Assembly (NCBI GenBank): GCA_002269645.1
Contig: NIVC01003430.1
Coordinates: 1-64,000 of the forward strand
DNA: 64,000 nt
DNA from: Macrostomum lignano
Lineage: Eukaryota
Direction of reading: 5' to 3'
Shown here: piece by piece, positions 1 to 12,500 of the stretch
How the letters are laid out: the number at the start of each line of letters is the position of its first letter
How positions within the stretch are numbered: the first letter of the stretch is position 1
The notes under the pieces: generated by a model
Seen by the model: the letters and a program-made list of their open reading frames with translations, nothing else
Databases searched by the model: none
What the model was told of the DNA's origin: nothing
Position numbers and translations under genes: made by a program

Positions 1-230
1 ATGCCTGATTGGGATCTGGCATGCCTGATTGGGATCTGGGATGCCTGATTGATCTGGGATTCTGGGATGCCTGATTGGCCTGGGATTGATTGGGATGCTG
101 ATTTGGGATTCTGGGATGCCTGATTGGGATCTGGATGCCTGATGGCGAATGCTGGTTGGGATGCTGATATGCCTGATTGGGTCTGGGATTCCTGATTAGA
201 ATCTGGGATGCTTAGTTTGAATCTGGGATT
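1..230. repeat. Degenerate ~20-bp minisatellite (ATGCCTGATTGGGATCTGGG)
   Basis: About 10 irregular, indel-rich copies at the window start; may reflect low-quality sequence. Confidence 0.8.
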
Positions 231-883
231 CCAATTAGTTTAGTTTTTTAGATTTGTTTTTATGGATGTCTTTTTGATATCAATATTTGTGTGCTGCGAA
301 TCAGGGACTACACGCGGATGTTTTAATAAATGTAAATTAAGGTATTAGGAAAGTCAATTTATTAACTAATAGGAATTTATCAGAGATAATTCCAAGCATT
401 TTATTAGGATCCGGTTAGGCCAGCCATAAAAAATCTGCGGGACAGGGACATGCGAACCTGCATTTCCAATCTGTCCGATATGAGATATTCCAAACGCCAT
501 GGAAGACGGCAGGTTCTACAAGGCTCGCTGATTCTGTTCAATGGTAAACAGACAGCAGCGCTGACATCCGAGGTGGAAAATTGAATTTGAACTGGAAATT
601 CCCCATCAAGGATCCGACCTGTCCTGGCCCGGGAGTAATTAGTGCGGCGGCGTCAGTGCGGCCGTGAGGAGTTGCAGCGCCCGATGTGGCGTCCAGCTGG
701 GCTGAAAAAGTGCACGAAAACAGGAGGCTGCAGAGACTTTCAGAGGGACCGATGAAGGTTTCCTCAGGTGGTCGCTGGGCCAAAGGCGTGACTGACGACC
801 CGGAGGTCTGGGGTTTCGGCTGGGCTAGCGAAAATAAATGGATCGGCCAGTCAGGCTTTTCTGCGATTCTTCTGCCCTTTCAG

Positions 884-3503
884 ATGCCAGTCAGCAATGG
901 GGCCTGCGAACAGGGCTGTCCTGCTGTGGTTGCTGGGGCCGCTGACCAGCTCGAGGACCAGCACCAGCACCAGCACCAGCACCAGCACCAGAACCAGCAC
1001 CAGCACCAGAACCAGCACCAGCACCAGAACCAGCACCAGAACCAGCACCAGAACCAGCACCAGCACCAGCAGTCGGAGATTCACCAGTGTCGCAGCTGGG
1101 ACTCGGGAACACAGCAGCATCAGTTGGCGAGGCGCGTTGCGCCGCACGAGAGGCTAATCATTGAGAGTGAGTCCAACCCAATCCAATCCAATCCAACCCA
1201 ATCCAATCCAATCCAATCCAACTCAACCCAACCCAATCCAATCCAACCCAATCCAATCCAATCCAATCCAATCCAATCCAATCCAACCCAACCCAATCCA
1301 ATCCAATCCAACCCAATCCAATCCAATCCAACACAATCCAATCCAATCCAACCCAATCCAACCCAATCCAATCCAATCCAATCCAACCCAATCCAACCCA
1401 ATCCAATCTAATCCAATCCAATCCAATCCAACTCAACCCAATCCGATCCAATTCAATCCAATCCAATCCAATCCAATCCAATCCAACTCAACCCAATCCA
1501 ATCCAACTCAACCCAATCCAATCCAACTCAACCCAATCCAATCCAATCCAACTCAACCCAATCCGATCCAATTCAATCCAATCCAATCCAATCCAATCCA
1601 ATCCAATCCAATCCAACTCAACCCAATCCAATCCAACTCAACCCAACCCAATCCAATCCAGTCCAATCCAATTCAAGCCAGTCCAATCCAATTCAATCCA
1701 ATTCCTCTTCCGTAGACCAGCGCCGCAAAGTGTGCGAAGAGATCGTGGAGACGGAGCGCAAGTACTGCTTCTGTCTGTGGACTCTCATTGACCTGATTGG
1801 CGGTTCGCTGAGGGCCGCCGCCTTCATCAGCACTCGGGATCTCTGGTGAGTGACAGAATGAGATGAGTCCGGAGTGACGGAATGGGGGTGACTCCAGAGT
1901 GACAGAATGAGATGACTCCAGAGTGACAGAATGAGATGAGTCCCGAGTGACAGAATGAGGTGACTCTGGAGTGACAGAATGAGATGACTCCGGAGTGACA
2001 GAATGAGATGAGTCCGGAGTGACAGAATGAGGTGTCCGGATTGAAATAATGAGATGACTCCGGAGTGACATAATGAGATGAGTCCGGAGTGACAGAATGA
2101 GATGAGTCCGGAGTGACAGAATGAGGTGTCCGGATTGAAATAATGAGATGACTCCGGAGTGACATAATGAGATGACTCCGGAGTGACAAAATGAGGTGAT
2201 TCCAGAGTGACAGAATGAGATGAGTCCGGAGTGACAGAATGAACCCATCGCTGTATGAGCACAGTAATGGCTGAGAACATCTCATCATTTCGCCCCGCTG
2301 CCCCATCCGCAGCCTGATCTTCCCGAACACGCTGCCCCGCCTCTACGACATTCACGCGGCCTTCCTCGGCAGCCTGGAGGAGTCAGATGACTGCTCAGTG
2401 CAGCGCCAGCCGCCGCTGCCGCAGTGCAGCCTGGCGCAGGCCGTCCAGCAGTTCCTGCAGCGGCACGAGCGCCGGCTGCTGCAGCTGTACCGCAGCTACG
2501 TTGCCCAGTTCGGCGCCGCCATGCGCTGCGTTCGCCGTCTGAGACGCCGGTCGCGCAAATTTCGCGACCTCCTGCTGAGCCTCCAGCGGCATCCGGACTG
2601 CGAGGGACTCGAACTCACGGCCTTCCTGCTCACCCCTGTGCAGCGGCTGCCCCGCTACTTGCTGCTGCTGCGCCAGCTGGCCGACCGCACCGACCCGCGC
2701 CACCCGGACCTCGGCCACCTGACCCGCGCCACCGACCGCCTGCGGGGTCTCCTTGACCAGCTCAACTGCAGCATTCAGGGCGCCCTGGCTGAGGCCACCG
2801 CTTGGCCAGCAGGGGACTCGTCGGCAGCGACGGCTGCTGCTGTGGACGAGGAAGCCGCCGCCTCCTTTGGCGACCGGCAGGCAGCAGCAGCATTTCCTGC
2901 TGGGCGCCGGGCAGTCCTCGCGGCAGCGCCGGCGTTCCACACAGCCGGAGGCGCTGGCCCACCACCCCTGGGACTCGCCCAGGCACCTCAAGCGGTCGCA
3001 GCGGCGGGTCGCCGGGCAGCAGGCCGAGCAGCCGGAGCAGCAGCGGTGCCGCTCTGTCCCGCCAGAAGAGGCCAGCGGCAGCCGGAGCAGAATGGTCGTC
3101 TTCGAGGTGGGTTGCCATGGTAACCAAATGTAGAGATTGGTTGAATGACCTTGAAGTGTTGCTGAGTTCCAAGTTTATTGCTATGGTAACCAGACGCAGG
3201 CACATTGTTGCTGTTTTCCAAGTTGGTTTCCATGGCAATGCGATACCCCTAAACCAGCTCCCGACTCGAACCCCCTCCGGTCTGCAGATCAGCCCGGAGA
3301 CCGCCCGCCGGCTTCGACCCGGCGACCGGAGCCGCTCAGCCGGTGACGTCATCGCCAGCGGCGGCTCGGCCATACAGGGCGGCTCCCTGCACCAAGCGGC
3401 GCCGGGCGCGGTGGCGACTTCTTCAACGGGGGCAGCGTCGCCTGCGACGGCGTTGTCGGGCGCGGCGGCAGGCGACGAAAATCGTCCCCGAGAACCGCCG
3501 TGA
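884..3503 (+). CDS. Rho guanine nucleotide exchange factor with a DH (Dbl homology) domain; 5' end not identified
   Basis: Phase-compatible exons 884-1166, 1716-1845 and 2313-3106 give ENQRRKVCEEIVETERKYCFCLWTL...LTAFLLTPVQRLPRYLLLLRQL, typical DH motifs. The C-terminus either splices 3107-3222 into 3223-3503 or stops at 3123. No PH domain seen. Confidence 0.8.
960..1070 (+). repeat. Coding hexamer repeat (CAGCAC/CAGAAC)n giving a poly-QH/QN tract
   Basis: Lies inside RhoGEF exon 884-1166; translates QHQHQHQNQHQH. Confidence 0.85.
1173..1702. repeat. (CCAAT)n pentamer microsatellite filling a RhoGEF intron
   Basis: About 105 units with CCAAC/TCAAC variants between donor GTGAGT (1167) and acceptor CGTAG (1715). 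Confidence 0.97.
1848..2242. repeat. 24-25-bp intronic minisatellite (CCGGAGTGACAGAATGAGATGAGT)
   Basis: About 16 copies in intron 1846-2312, including a higher-order duplication. Confidence 0.95.
3111..3239. promoter_or_regulatory. Cluster of three RFX X-box-like motifs
   Basis: GTTGCCATGGTAAC 3111-3124, ATTGCTATGGTAAC 3177-3190, GTTTCCATGGCAAT 3226-3239; consensus GTNRCC-N(0-3)-RGYAAC. Confidence 0.55.
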
Positions 3504-3574
3504 AGGAGACCTTCCGGAAGATGTTCCTGTCGCGAAGAAAGTGAGAGCTAAGTTGCTGTCGATTTAGTCTTCTC

Positions 3575-3862
3575 TAGATCTACAGAATCCTGTAGATTTG
3601 GTTTATAGATCTACACAGAATTCTTTAGATTTGGTTTATAGATCTACACAGAATTCTGTAGATTTGTTTAATTGATCTACACAGAAATCTGTAGATTTGT
3701 TTAACTGATCTACACTGAATTCTGTAGATTTGGTTTATAGATCTATACAGAATTCTGTAGATTTGTTCAATTGATCTATACAGCATTCTGTAGATTTGTT
3801 TAATTGATCTATACAGAATTCTGTAGATTTGTTCAATTGATCTATACAGAATTCTGTAGATT
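3575..3862. repeat. 33-bp palindromic minisatellite
   Basis: About 9 copies, period 33 (3658, 3691, 3724); core TACAGAATTCTGTA is a perfect palindrome. Confidence 0.92.
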
Positions 3863-5061
3863 TTGTTTCTTATGCACACACAGTAAGGACAACTTACTTG
3901 TAAATTGTTTCTTGGATCTAGATCTGTAGATTTACTCTCTAGATATTTCAGTTGAGTCGGTTTCTTAGATATTTAAGCTAAAGTATCTTTACTGGGATCT
4001 AAGAGTCAACTAATGCTGATTTCCATCACATTTTTTACAAGCCGCGAACTCGCGACCTTCTCCTCATTTAACAGAGTGTCGGACAGTCGACTCGACAGCT
4101 CTTGGGGTGACCTGTGAAAGGCCCTGTCAGCATCTGACAGCATCTGACAGCCTCTGACAGCCCGCTTGCATTCCACTAGTTGCCATTTCTGCGGCAGCCG
4201 CCTCCGCCGCCGCACCGCTCAGCTGATGCGGCACCGCTCATCGCATCCGCTTCATCCCCTCGCCCCTCCCTCAGCCTCTCCACTTCATCAATGGCGGGCG
4301 CATGTACAGGCATGGGGCAAGGGCAGTGTGTTGCAGTGACGGGCTGGGTGAGTCACCCGGATCCTATACCCCTCAGCGCTGATCGTTCAAATTAGTTCGC
4401 GCAATTTGCCTTTTTTCTTGTCTGCCGCACAATGATTTGCTTGCATCATACAGCTATTGTACCGTTTGCACACTTTTCTCCCGTTAGTTGCGTCCCGCCT
4501 ACTGCAAGTAGGCTGGCTAAGAATTTTAGCCCGCAAAATAGTTGACTATATGAAGACTAATTATTTATTACTTACCGCAATGCCTGTAATAGTATTAGCA
4601 GCGGTGAGTGCAAATACACAGCGTTCCACCCAGATGTTGCACTGATAAGCTGCCGGCTTTATTTTACTCTTATCTGCCCAAGTGACGTGGGCTGTAAAAG
4701 GCAATAAACCAGTTCTGTTCGCGGGTCATTTGAGGTCGCGGTAGCAGTGGCCAGGTGATAAAGTGCCTGTGTGTTTCGGCCTGTTAAAATATATTTGCCT
4801 TCAGTAAGACTGTACTGTACGAAATGTACACAAAATGTCTAATTGTAACAGAGGAAAGCGGCGCACTTCAAGTTGTGAACGGAATACTCTCCCACAAGGA
4901 AGATGAACAGTTTTCCAGTAAAGAGCTGTTGCTGTTCTCGTACGTGCAGGCTTGCAGAATCAAGGGAAAAATTTTATGTCTGTGGAATTAATTGTAGGCA
5001 CTTTCATGGCAGGCGGCGGTGGCTTTTGATAGTTGTTTAATGCGAGACTTTTTTGATGACG

Positions 5062-6427
5062 GAGAGAGATTGATGAGGGAGAGAGATTGACGAGGGAGAG
5101 AGATTGACGAGGGAGAGAGATTGACGAGGGAGAGAGATTGACAAGGGAGAGAGATTGACAAGGGAGAGAGATTGACAAGGGAGAGAGATTGACGAGGGAG
5201 AGAGATTGACGAGGGAGAGAGATTGACAAGGGAGAGAGATTGACGAGGGAGAGAGATTGACGAGGGAGAGAGATTGACAAGGGAGAGAGATTGACGAGGG
5301 AGAGAGATTGACGAGGGGGAGAGATTGATGATGGAGGGAGATTGATGAGGGAGAGAGATTGATGAGGGAGGGAGATTGATGAGCGAGAGCTTGCTGAGAG
5401 AGAGATTGACAAGGGAGAGAGATTGACGAGGGAGAGAGATTGACAAGGGAGAGAGATTGACGAGGGAGAGAGATTGACGAGGGGGAGAGATTGATGATGG
5501 AGGGAGATTGATGAGGGAGAGAGATTGACGAGGGAGAGAGATTGATGAGGGAGAGAGATTGATGAGGGAGGGAGATTGATGAGGGAGGGAGATTGATGAG
5601 CGAGAGCTTGCTGAGAGAGAGATTGACAAGGGAGAGAGATTGACGAGGGAGAGAGATTGACAAGGGAAAGAGATTGACAAGGGAGAGAGATTGACAAGGG
5701 AGAGAGATTGACGAGGGAGAGAGATTGACAAGGGAGAGAGATTGATGAGGGAGAGAGATTGATGAGGGAGGGAGATTGATGAGCGAGAGCTTGCTGAGAG
5801 AGAGATTGACAAGGGAAAGAGATTGACAAGGGAGAGAGATTGACGAGGGAGAGAGATTGACGAGGGAGAGAGATTGACAAGGGAGAGAGATTGACAAGGG
5901 AGAGAGATTGACGAGGGAGAGAGATTGACGAGGGAGAGAGATTGACAAGGGAGAGAGATTGACAAGGGAGAGAGATTGACGAGGGAGAGAGATTGACGAG
6001 GGAGAGAGATTGACGAGGGAGAGAGATTGACGAGGGAGAGAGATTGACGAGGGAGAGAGATTGACGAGGGAGAGAGATTGACAAGGGAGAGAGATTGACG
6101 AGGGAGAGAGATTGACAAGGGAGAGAGATTGACAAGGGAGAGAGATTGACAAGGGAGAGAGATTGACGAGGGAGAGAGATTGACAAGGGAGAGAGATTGA
6201 CAAGGGAGAGAGATTGACGAGGGAGAGAGATTGACGAGGGAGAGAGATTGACAAGGGAGAGAGATTGACGAGGGAGAGAGATTGACAAGGGAGAGAGATT
6301 GACAAGGGAGAGAGATTGACAAGGGAGAGAGATTGACGAGGGAGAGAGATTGACAAGGGAGAGAGATTGACGAGGGAGAGAGATTGACGAGGGAAAGAGA
6401 TTGATGAGGGGGAGAGACTGACGAGGG
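5062..6427. repeat. 17-bp purine-rich minisatellite (GAGAGAGATTGACGAGG)
   Basis: About 80 copies downstream of the WDR97 stop; source of the spurious 444-535 aa ORFs. Confidence 0.97.
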
Positions 6428-6515
6428 CTATACGAGGATGTTGCACAGCAGAGATAGCGAAGCCGAGAAAGCATTGGTAAAAGAAGTTTGCCACAGTGGG
6501 AGGCGGTGGCGGCTG

Positions 6516-9500
6516 TCAGTCCTGCTGCACTTGAGACAGCGCCGGGATGAACATCCTGCCTGAGCACTTGAGCGTGAGCAGCACGGGCTGAGTGGCGGCC
6601 TCCCAGTCCAGGTCGTCCAGCAGGCTGGGAAAGGGGTTGAGCCGCACCGGCTTCATCGGCAGGTGCATCAGCGGAGCGAAGCCACCCCGCATGACCTGCT
6701 GGTAGGCGCGGCCCGGCTGGCAGGCGGCCGGCTGGCTCGAGTCAGTGGCCGCCGCGGCCACCAAAGTGCTGACGCCGCCGCCAACGCCGGTGCCAAAGTC
6801 GCGTCTCCGCGCCGGCTGAACGTCGCCGTGTGACTCGCCGAGCCGCATCAGCGAAGTCCGCTGCGGCAGAGTCGGCAGCACCAGGATGGTGTTCTTGCGG
6901 GCGGGCTCCGCCTCCGCCTCGCCTGTGCCCGCCGCCCTGGCCGCGGCTGGCCGGCCAGCCCGCATGGAGGAGCGCTTCTTGGAGCGAAGGCGGGCGAGCT
7001 GCTGGCTGAGCTGCGTCTCGCAGAAATAGTTGACGGCCTCCATGTAGGTGCCGCTGTCTGCCAGCCGGCTGGGGTCGGGCGCCGTCTCGAAGGTCACGGT
7101 CATCGGCTTGCCAGAGGCCGCAGCGGTGGCGGCCTGCGGCACGCGGCCTTGGAGCTGCTCGCCGCGAGCCAGGCGCTCCGCCGTCTGCCGGACGGCGGCC
7201 CGGAAATTCGCCAGCCAGCGCTCCAGCCAGTCCGAGATGGCGCGCCGCAGGTGCGGCCGGCGCTTGTCGGGTTCCGTGACGGACCAGACGTCCCACTGGT
7301 CCAGCTCGCGCTCCAGGCAATGGTGCTCGTCTCTGGGGCAGCCGAGGGGTGGATGATGTTTTTTGGCTTCGAGTAATTCAGGTTCTGACTGATGGATATT
7401 GTGGCTTTACCTGAAGCTTGCCTGATGGATATTGTGGCTTTACCTGAAGCTTGCCTGAAGTGCATTACTGTATATAATGACTGCACATTGCCGTATTAAT
7501 CTTGGCGGCAAGACATGTTTCAAGGCAGTTCATGTTTTTTGTTGCTACCGACTCACTTTCTGCCCAAAAAGTTGAGCGCCTCCATCACGAAGCTCTGCGT
7601 GAGCTCGTCGCCCTCGAAGTACCACAGCAGCAGCTCGGTGAGCAGCGGCTTGTCCGGCCCGCCCTGGGTCAGCAGCGTCAGGCCGTGGCGCACGAAGTCG
7701 CGCTGCTCGGCCACGCCGCAGTCCGGCGGCAGCTCCAGCAGCTCCAGGACGATTCGTCGAGCCTCCTGCTGGCACTGCCGGCCCAGCGACTCCAGCGTCT
7801 GCAGCTGCTGCACCGCGCGGCACAAGGCGCTCCGCTCCGGCCAGCCGGCGCCCGGCAGCAGCCGCAGCAGCCGCCCAGCGAAGGTCGCGGGCGTCAGCGG
7901 ATCAGGGAGGCTTCGCCGGCGCGGCTCCGGGAAGGCGGCGTCGAACCAGTCCTCGTCGGCGAACTGCGCCACGTAGTCTGGCAGCGGCGGAGGCGCCGGC
8001 GGCCCTTGCAGAGTCTGCGGGGAAATTCGATCGTAGCTGAGAGAGGCAGATGCGGTGAGGCTAACAGGTTGGACCTTCAATCTTCTAGTTCAAGCCTCTC
8101 GCTTTCTTGCAATCATTCATAACAATGTTTGAAGCTGTCGCAAAAAGGACATCGAGTACCCTGACTGACTCACCTGCTGCTGCTGGCCGCCAGTCAGCGC
8201 CGCCTCCGAGGCCTGTCGAGAGACGCTCGGCGGAGTCGCGGCCGCCGAAGCCGTCGCTGACGCCGCGGTGGGCGAAGCCGCCACAGCCGAGCGCCGCTGC
8301 TCGGACGGTCGCTTCTGCGGCGGCGGCGGCCGTTTCTTCGGCGACGCCTGCGACTGCGAGCTGCGGGACCGTGCCGCCGCTGCCAGCTCCTCCTGGGTCG
8401 CCCGCCGCGTTGGCCGGGTCGGCGGCCGGCGCGAGTCGCCCGACACGGTGGAGGCCTCCCGGGTTCGAGCCGCCTCCGCCTCCGCCTCCGCCTCAGCCGC
8501 CGCCACCGCCGCAGCCTCGGCTTCGGCTGCCTCCGCTGCGGCCTCCGTGGCCGCTTCGTCCATGGCCTGCTGCATTCGGCGCATGAAGTCCGACTGCTCC
8601 CGCTCCTTCTGCTCCTGCTCCTGCCGGAGGGAGGGTGGGGGTTCGAGCGCATTCGGGTGACTGAAAACGGAGGCTGCGGGGCAACTGGCTACTGGGTTGT
8701 TTCGCTTCTTTTTGGTGTATATTTCTTGGTCTATCATGACATTTATTTCTGTTGATCTTTCTCATCATCATCATGTACACTGTCTGCGTGTTGGGGATGC
8801 CCTCATGACTGTAAGCTCCAGGTCAATTTGCGTGCACAAGCTCCAAATTAATGCGGTCGAGCGCGAAATCGAACCACCGATCTGCCCTGTCCCCTCTTGT
8901 CACTGTGCGTGCATATTGGTTGCTTTGTGTCCGTGTCCTCAAGAAACCTTTATCAGAGCATCTGTGATGCAGTCATGTCAATCATCGGCAGAGCCGACGC
9001 ACCTGCTGCTCGCGCCGCTTCCTGTCAGCGTCCAGCTCGAACAGCAGCTCCCCAGCCTCCTCCTCATCCTCGTCATCCCCGCCGGCGCCGTCGCCGGAGT
9101 CCGCCCAGCTCTTCAGCAGCGCCTGCCGCTCGGCCTCGTCCTCAGAGCCGCGCTGTCGCAGGCCCTGCAGCTGCCGCAGCTGCTCCACGTTGAGGTCGGG
9201 CGGCCGCCAGCCGCGGGCGGAGGCCTGCGTTGCCGTCTTCTCGTGCTCAAGCAGCGCCTCCTGCGGCCACAGCAGCTTGGCCAGCACCGAGTTCGGCACG
9301 CAGCCGCCGCGTGGGATCGGGGCGAGGCCCGCCTGCGGCCGGACGGCTGCATCCTGGGACGGGAAGAAGCCCGGACAGATGTCCGGCCTGTAGGCCTGCT
9401 TGGGCCTGGGCAGCTGCGGCGGCTCCAGCGCCGACTTCACCGCGGCGTCCAGATTCGCCTCCTTGGGGGGCGGCGGCAGCACCGGGTGGTCCGCGACCAG

Positions 9501-12500
9501 CGACAGAAATCTGCGGCGAGGGGCAGGGAGCTGGGAGAGTGAGGCACAGTCAGACTGTCAGACATTAGCGTGAACAGTGAACAGTGAACATTGAACATTG
9601 AACAGTGAACAGTGAACAGTGAACAGTGAATTTTCAGTGATGTGATAGCACCGCTCGCAAATTTTGCTCAACACTTCCTGTAAACAATCTCACCATTTGG
9701 GCAATTGAGAACTGAGACTGAAATAGTAGAATAGTAGCACAACTCAATTACAAAGAATCTGTTTCTCGGAAACCAATCGAAGCTACTAGATCGTAGTAGA
9801 GTAAGAAATTCGTTTCTTAGAAAGCTCGAAAGCAAAAATTCACTAGAGAGATAGAAACTTTCATATTTTTTCTGCTCAAAGCGTCAGCTTTTCATTGGAG
9901 CGGATCAAATGCTCATATTTTAACATGACAGCCTGTTTAAAAGCTTGACAATCCCCTGCTTGCAAAAGCACAGCTCTCTGCTCGCTACTCACTTGTTGAA
10001 CGCCTCTTCCTTGGTTGCCGGGGTGGCGGCCGGCCGCCTCTTCGGCTTGATGTCGCCGTCGCGCAGCATCCGCAGCTCGCGCTCCCGGCTGGCGATGGTG
10101 CCGAAGGCGGCCTCGCGAGCCAGCCTCTCCTCGACATCGTCAGGCTCCTCCTCCAGCGGATCCGGGTCGGCGAACGCATCGAAGCTGTGCGCCGGCCGGC
10201 AGGCGAGCAGCCGCTGCCTGTCCGGGAAGGGCAGCTCGGCCAGCAGCCGCGCGTCCATCTCGCCGCTGAGCGGCTCCGGTGCGGCCGGCTCGAAGTGCAT
10301 CATAGCCATCCGGCGGGTCTGCATCTTCGGCAGGTAGCGCCGGTGCTCGATGCCGTACAGGCTGGCGCCGATGCCCAGCAGCAGGTCGCCCGTGTCCGAG
10401 CAGAAGGCGACGCCCTGCGGCCGGGCGTGCAACTGGACGGCCTTCAGCAGCTGGTTGGCGCTGCTCCACACCCGCAGGGTGCCGTCTTGGCTGACCGTGG
10501 CGAACAGGCGGAGCTTCGGGCAGGCGGCGGCGCCGGTGAGCTTGTCCAGGTGGTCGTCCTCCGGGCTGTGGTCCTGCCGGCTCTTGTCCTCGAGGTCGTA
10601 CGTCACCACGCTGTACGTGGCGGACTGGGCGTCCTGCAATTGTGTAGCGATTCAGCATCAGCCATGTCAGCCACGGAGCAGCCGATGTTGCCTTTACTAT
10701 AAGTAGCCTATCAAACATTTGAGAACAGCTCTGACCACCCTGATCGCTGCTTGCACACACCTGGAAGCCGACCAGCAGCAGCGACCGCAGCGCGCTCATG
10801 CACACCGGGGTGTGCGCGCAGAAGAACTGCATGAGCGGCGCCAGCGCCTCGCGCACGAACGGGAACACCCGCCACACCCGGATGATGTTGTCCAGGCCGG
10901 CCGACACCACCTGGTCCTGGCTGGGGTTCGCCTCCAGCTCCAGCACGCCTTTGTTGCCGTGCCCGTCCACCGCGTAGTCCGGGCCCTGCTCTCCGTAGGT
11001 GCACAGGCTGCCGTCGGCGCGCCCGGCCACCAGAAGCGACTTGCTGGCGCCGCCGCCGGCCGCGTATTCGTACAGAGCCAGGCAGCGGCACTCGCAGCCG
11101 GGCCCGGGGCTTGGCCAGCTGCGCAGCAGGCGGGCCGGCCGGCTGTCCGGATCCCACTCGGCCAGGGAGCCGTCGGACATGGCGCAGTATAGCCGGTGCC
11201 GCTTCGGGTCCGTGCTGTAGGCGGATGCGGCCACCTGCGGTGGAGTAGTGGGGGGCGTTAGTCCTAGCTACACTTCAATTTTGGTTGCGGTTTTTGAAGG
11301 CCGATTTGTACTATCGCCGCTTGACTTATAAACAAAAGTGCCCTTAGCCCAGGGGCTAGCGCTAGCCCTGCAAGTTAAGCTGAGTTGGTCATGGTTAGTA
11401 AGCAGCCGAATTAGCAACTGTAGTGAGCAAGTGGTCACTTAATCGTTGCTGCAGTTCACTCCACAGTGTTAGGGTGGCAGCTCTGAGCTGCAGTTCACTC
11501 CGCAGTGATAGGGTGGCAGCTCTGAGCTGCAGTTCACTCCGCAGTGATAGGGTGGCAGCTCTATTGCAGCGGAACGGATGTATTTATCTTTTTTTGCGAT
11601 TTTCAGAATGCAGCAAGCCTAGCTTACACTGTCGCGACAGTCTACTGACAACAGTAGAAAGTGAAAAAAATTTTATTTCATTCAATTTGCACCAACCTGC
11701 GGCGCTTCTCCGGCAAGCACGGAGCCGCCGGCCAGAGCGGAGGACAGAATCGCCCCGGTGGCCGGCGAGACGACGTGCACGCTGGAGTCCTGGCAGGTCA
11801 CCAGCACCCTGGGCGGCTGGCCGGGCCTCGATGGGCTGGCCTGGATGCGCAGCACCGGGGCGCACAGGCTGGCCCGGTGAGTGTAGATCTCCTGGACTCG
11901 CCAGGCGCGGACGGACCGAGCGCCAGACGTGTAGAAGGCGGCGGCGCCAAACTGAGCGGCCAGACGGAGCGGCGTCTCGGCATCGGGGTCGGCGGCGGAG
12001 TCGAGGCGAACCTCGTCCACCTGAGGGGTGGATTAGCAGATCACTGTTTACTGTTCACACTGCTCACCGTTCACACTGTTCACTGTTCACTGTTCACACT
12101 GCTCACCGTTCACACTGTTCACTGTTCACACTGTTCACTGTTCACTGTTCACTGTTCACACTGTTCACTGTTCACACTGTTCACTGTTCACACTGTTCAC
12201 TGTTCACACTGTTCACTGTTCACACTGTTCACTGTTCACACTGTTCACTGTTCACACTGTTCACTGTTCACACTGTTCACTGTTCACACTGTTCACTGTT
12301 CACACTGTTCACTGTTCACACTGTTCACTGTTCACACTGTTCACTGTTCACACTGTTCACTGTTCACTGTTTACTGTTCACTGTTCACACTGTTCACTGT
12401 TCACACTGTTCACTGTTCACACTGTTCACTGTTCACTGTTTACTGTTCACACTGCTCACTGTTCACACTGTTCACTGTTCACACTGTTCACTGTTCACTC

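Noticed and set aside
3575-3862. Resemblance of AATTCTGTAGAT to Cas12a direct repeats
   Set aside because: No unique spacers, no cas genes, eukaryotic context; it is a plain tandem repeat.
4006-4395. GC-rich patch with a C2H2-like CHFC...HRSSH reading and a GTGAGT donor near 4348
   Set aside because: Spacing is non-canonical and no phase-compatible link to either neighbouring gene was found.
4960-6567. Long 444-535 aa ORFs
   Set aside because: Translations of the 17-bp repeat, open in several frames, with 17-aa periodicity.
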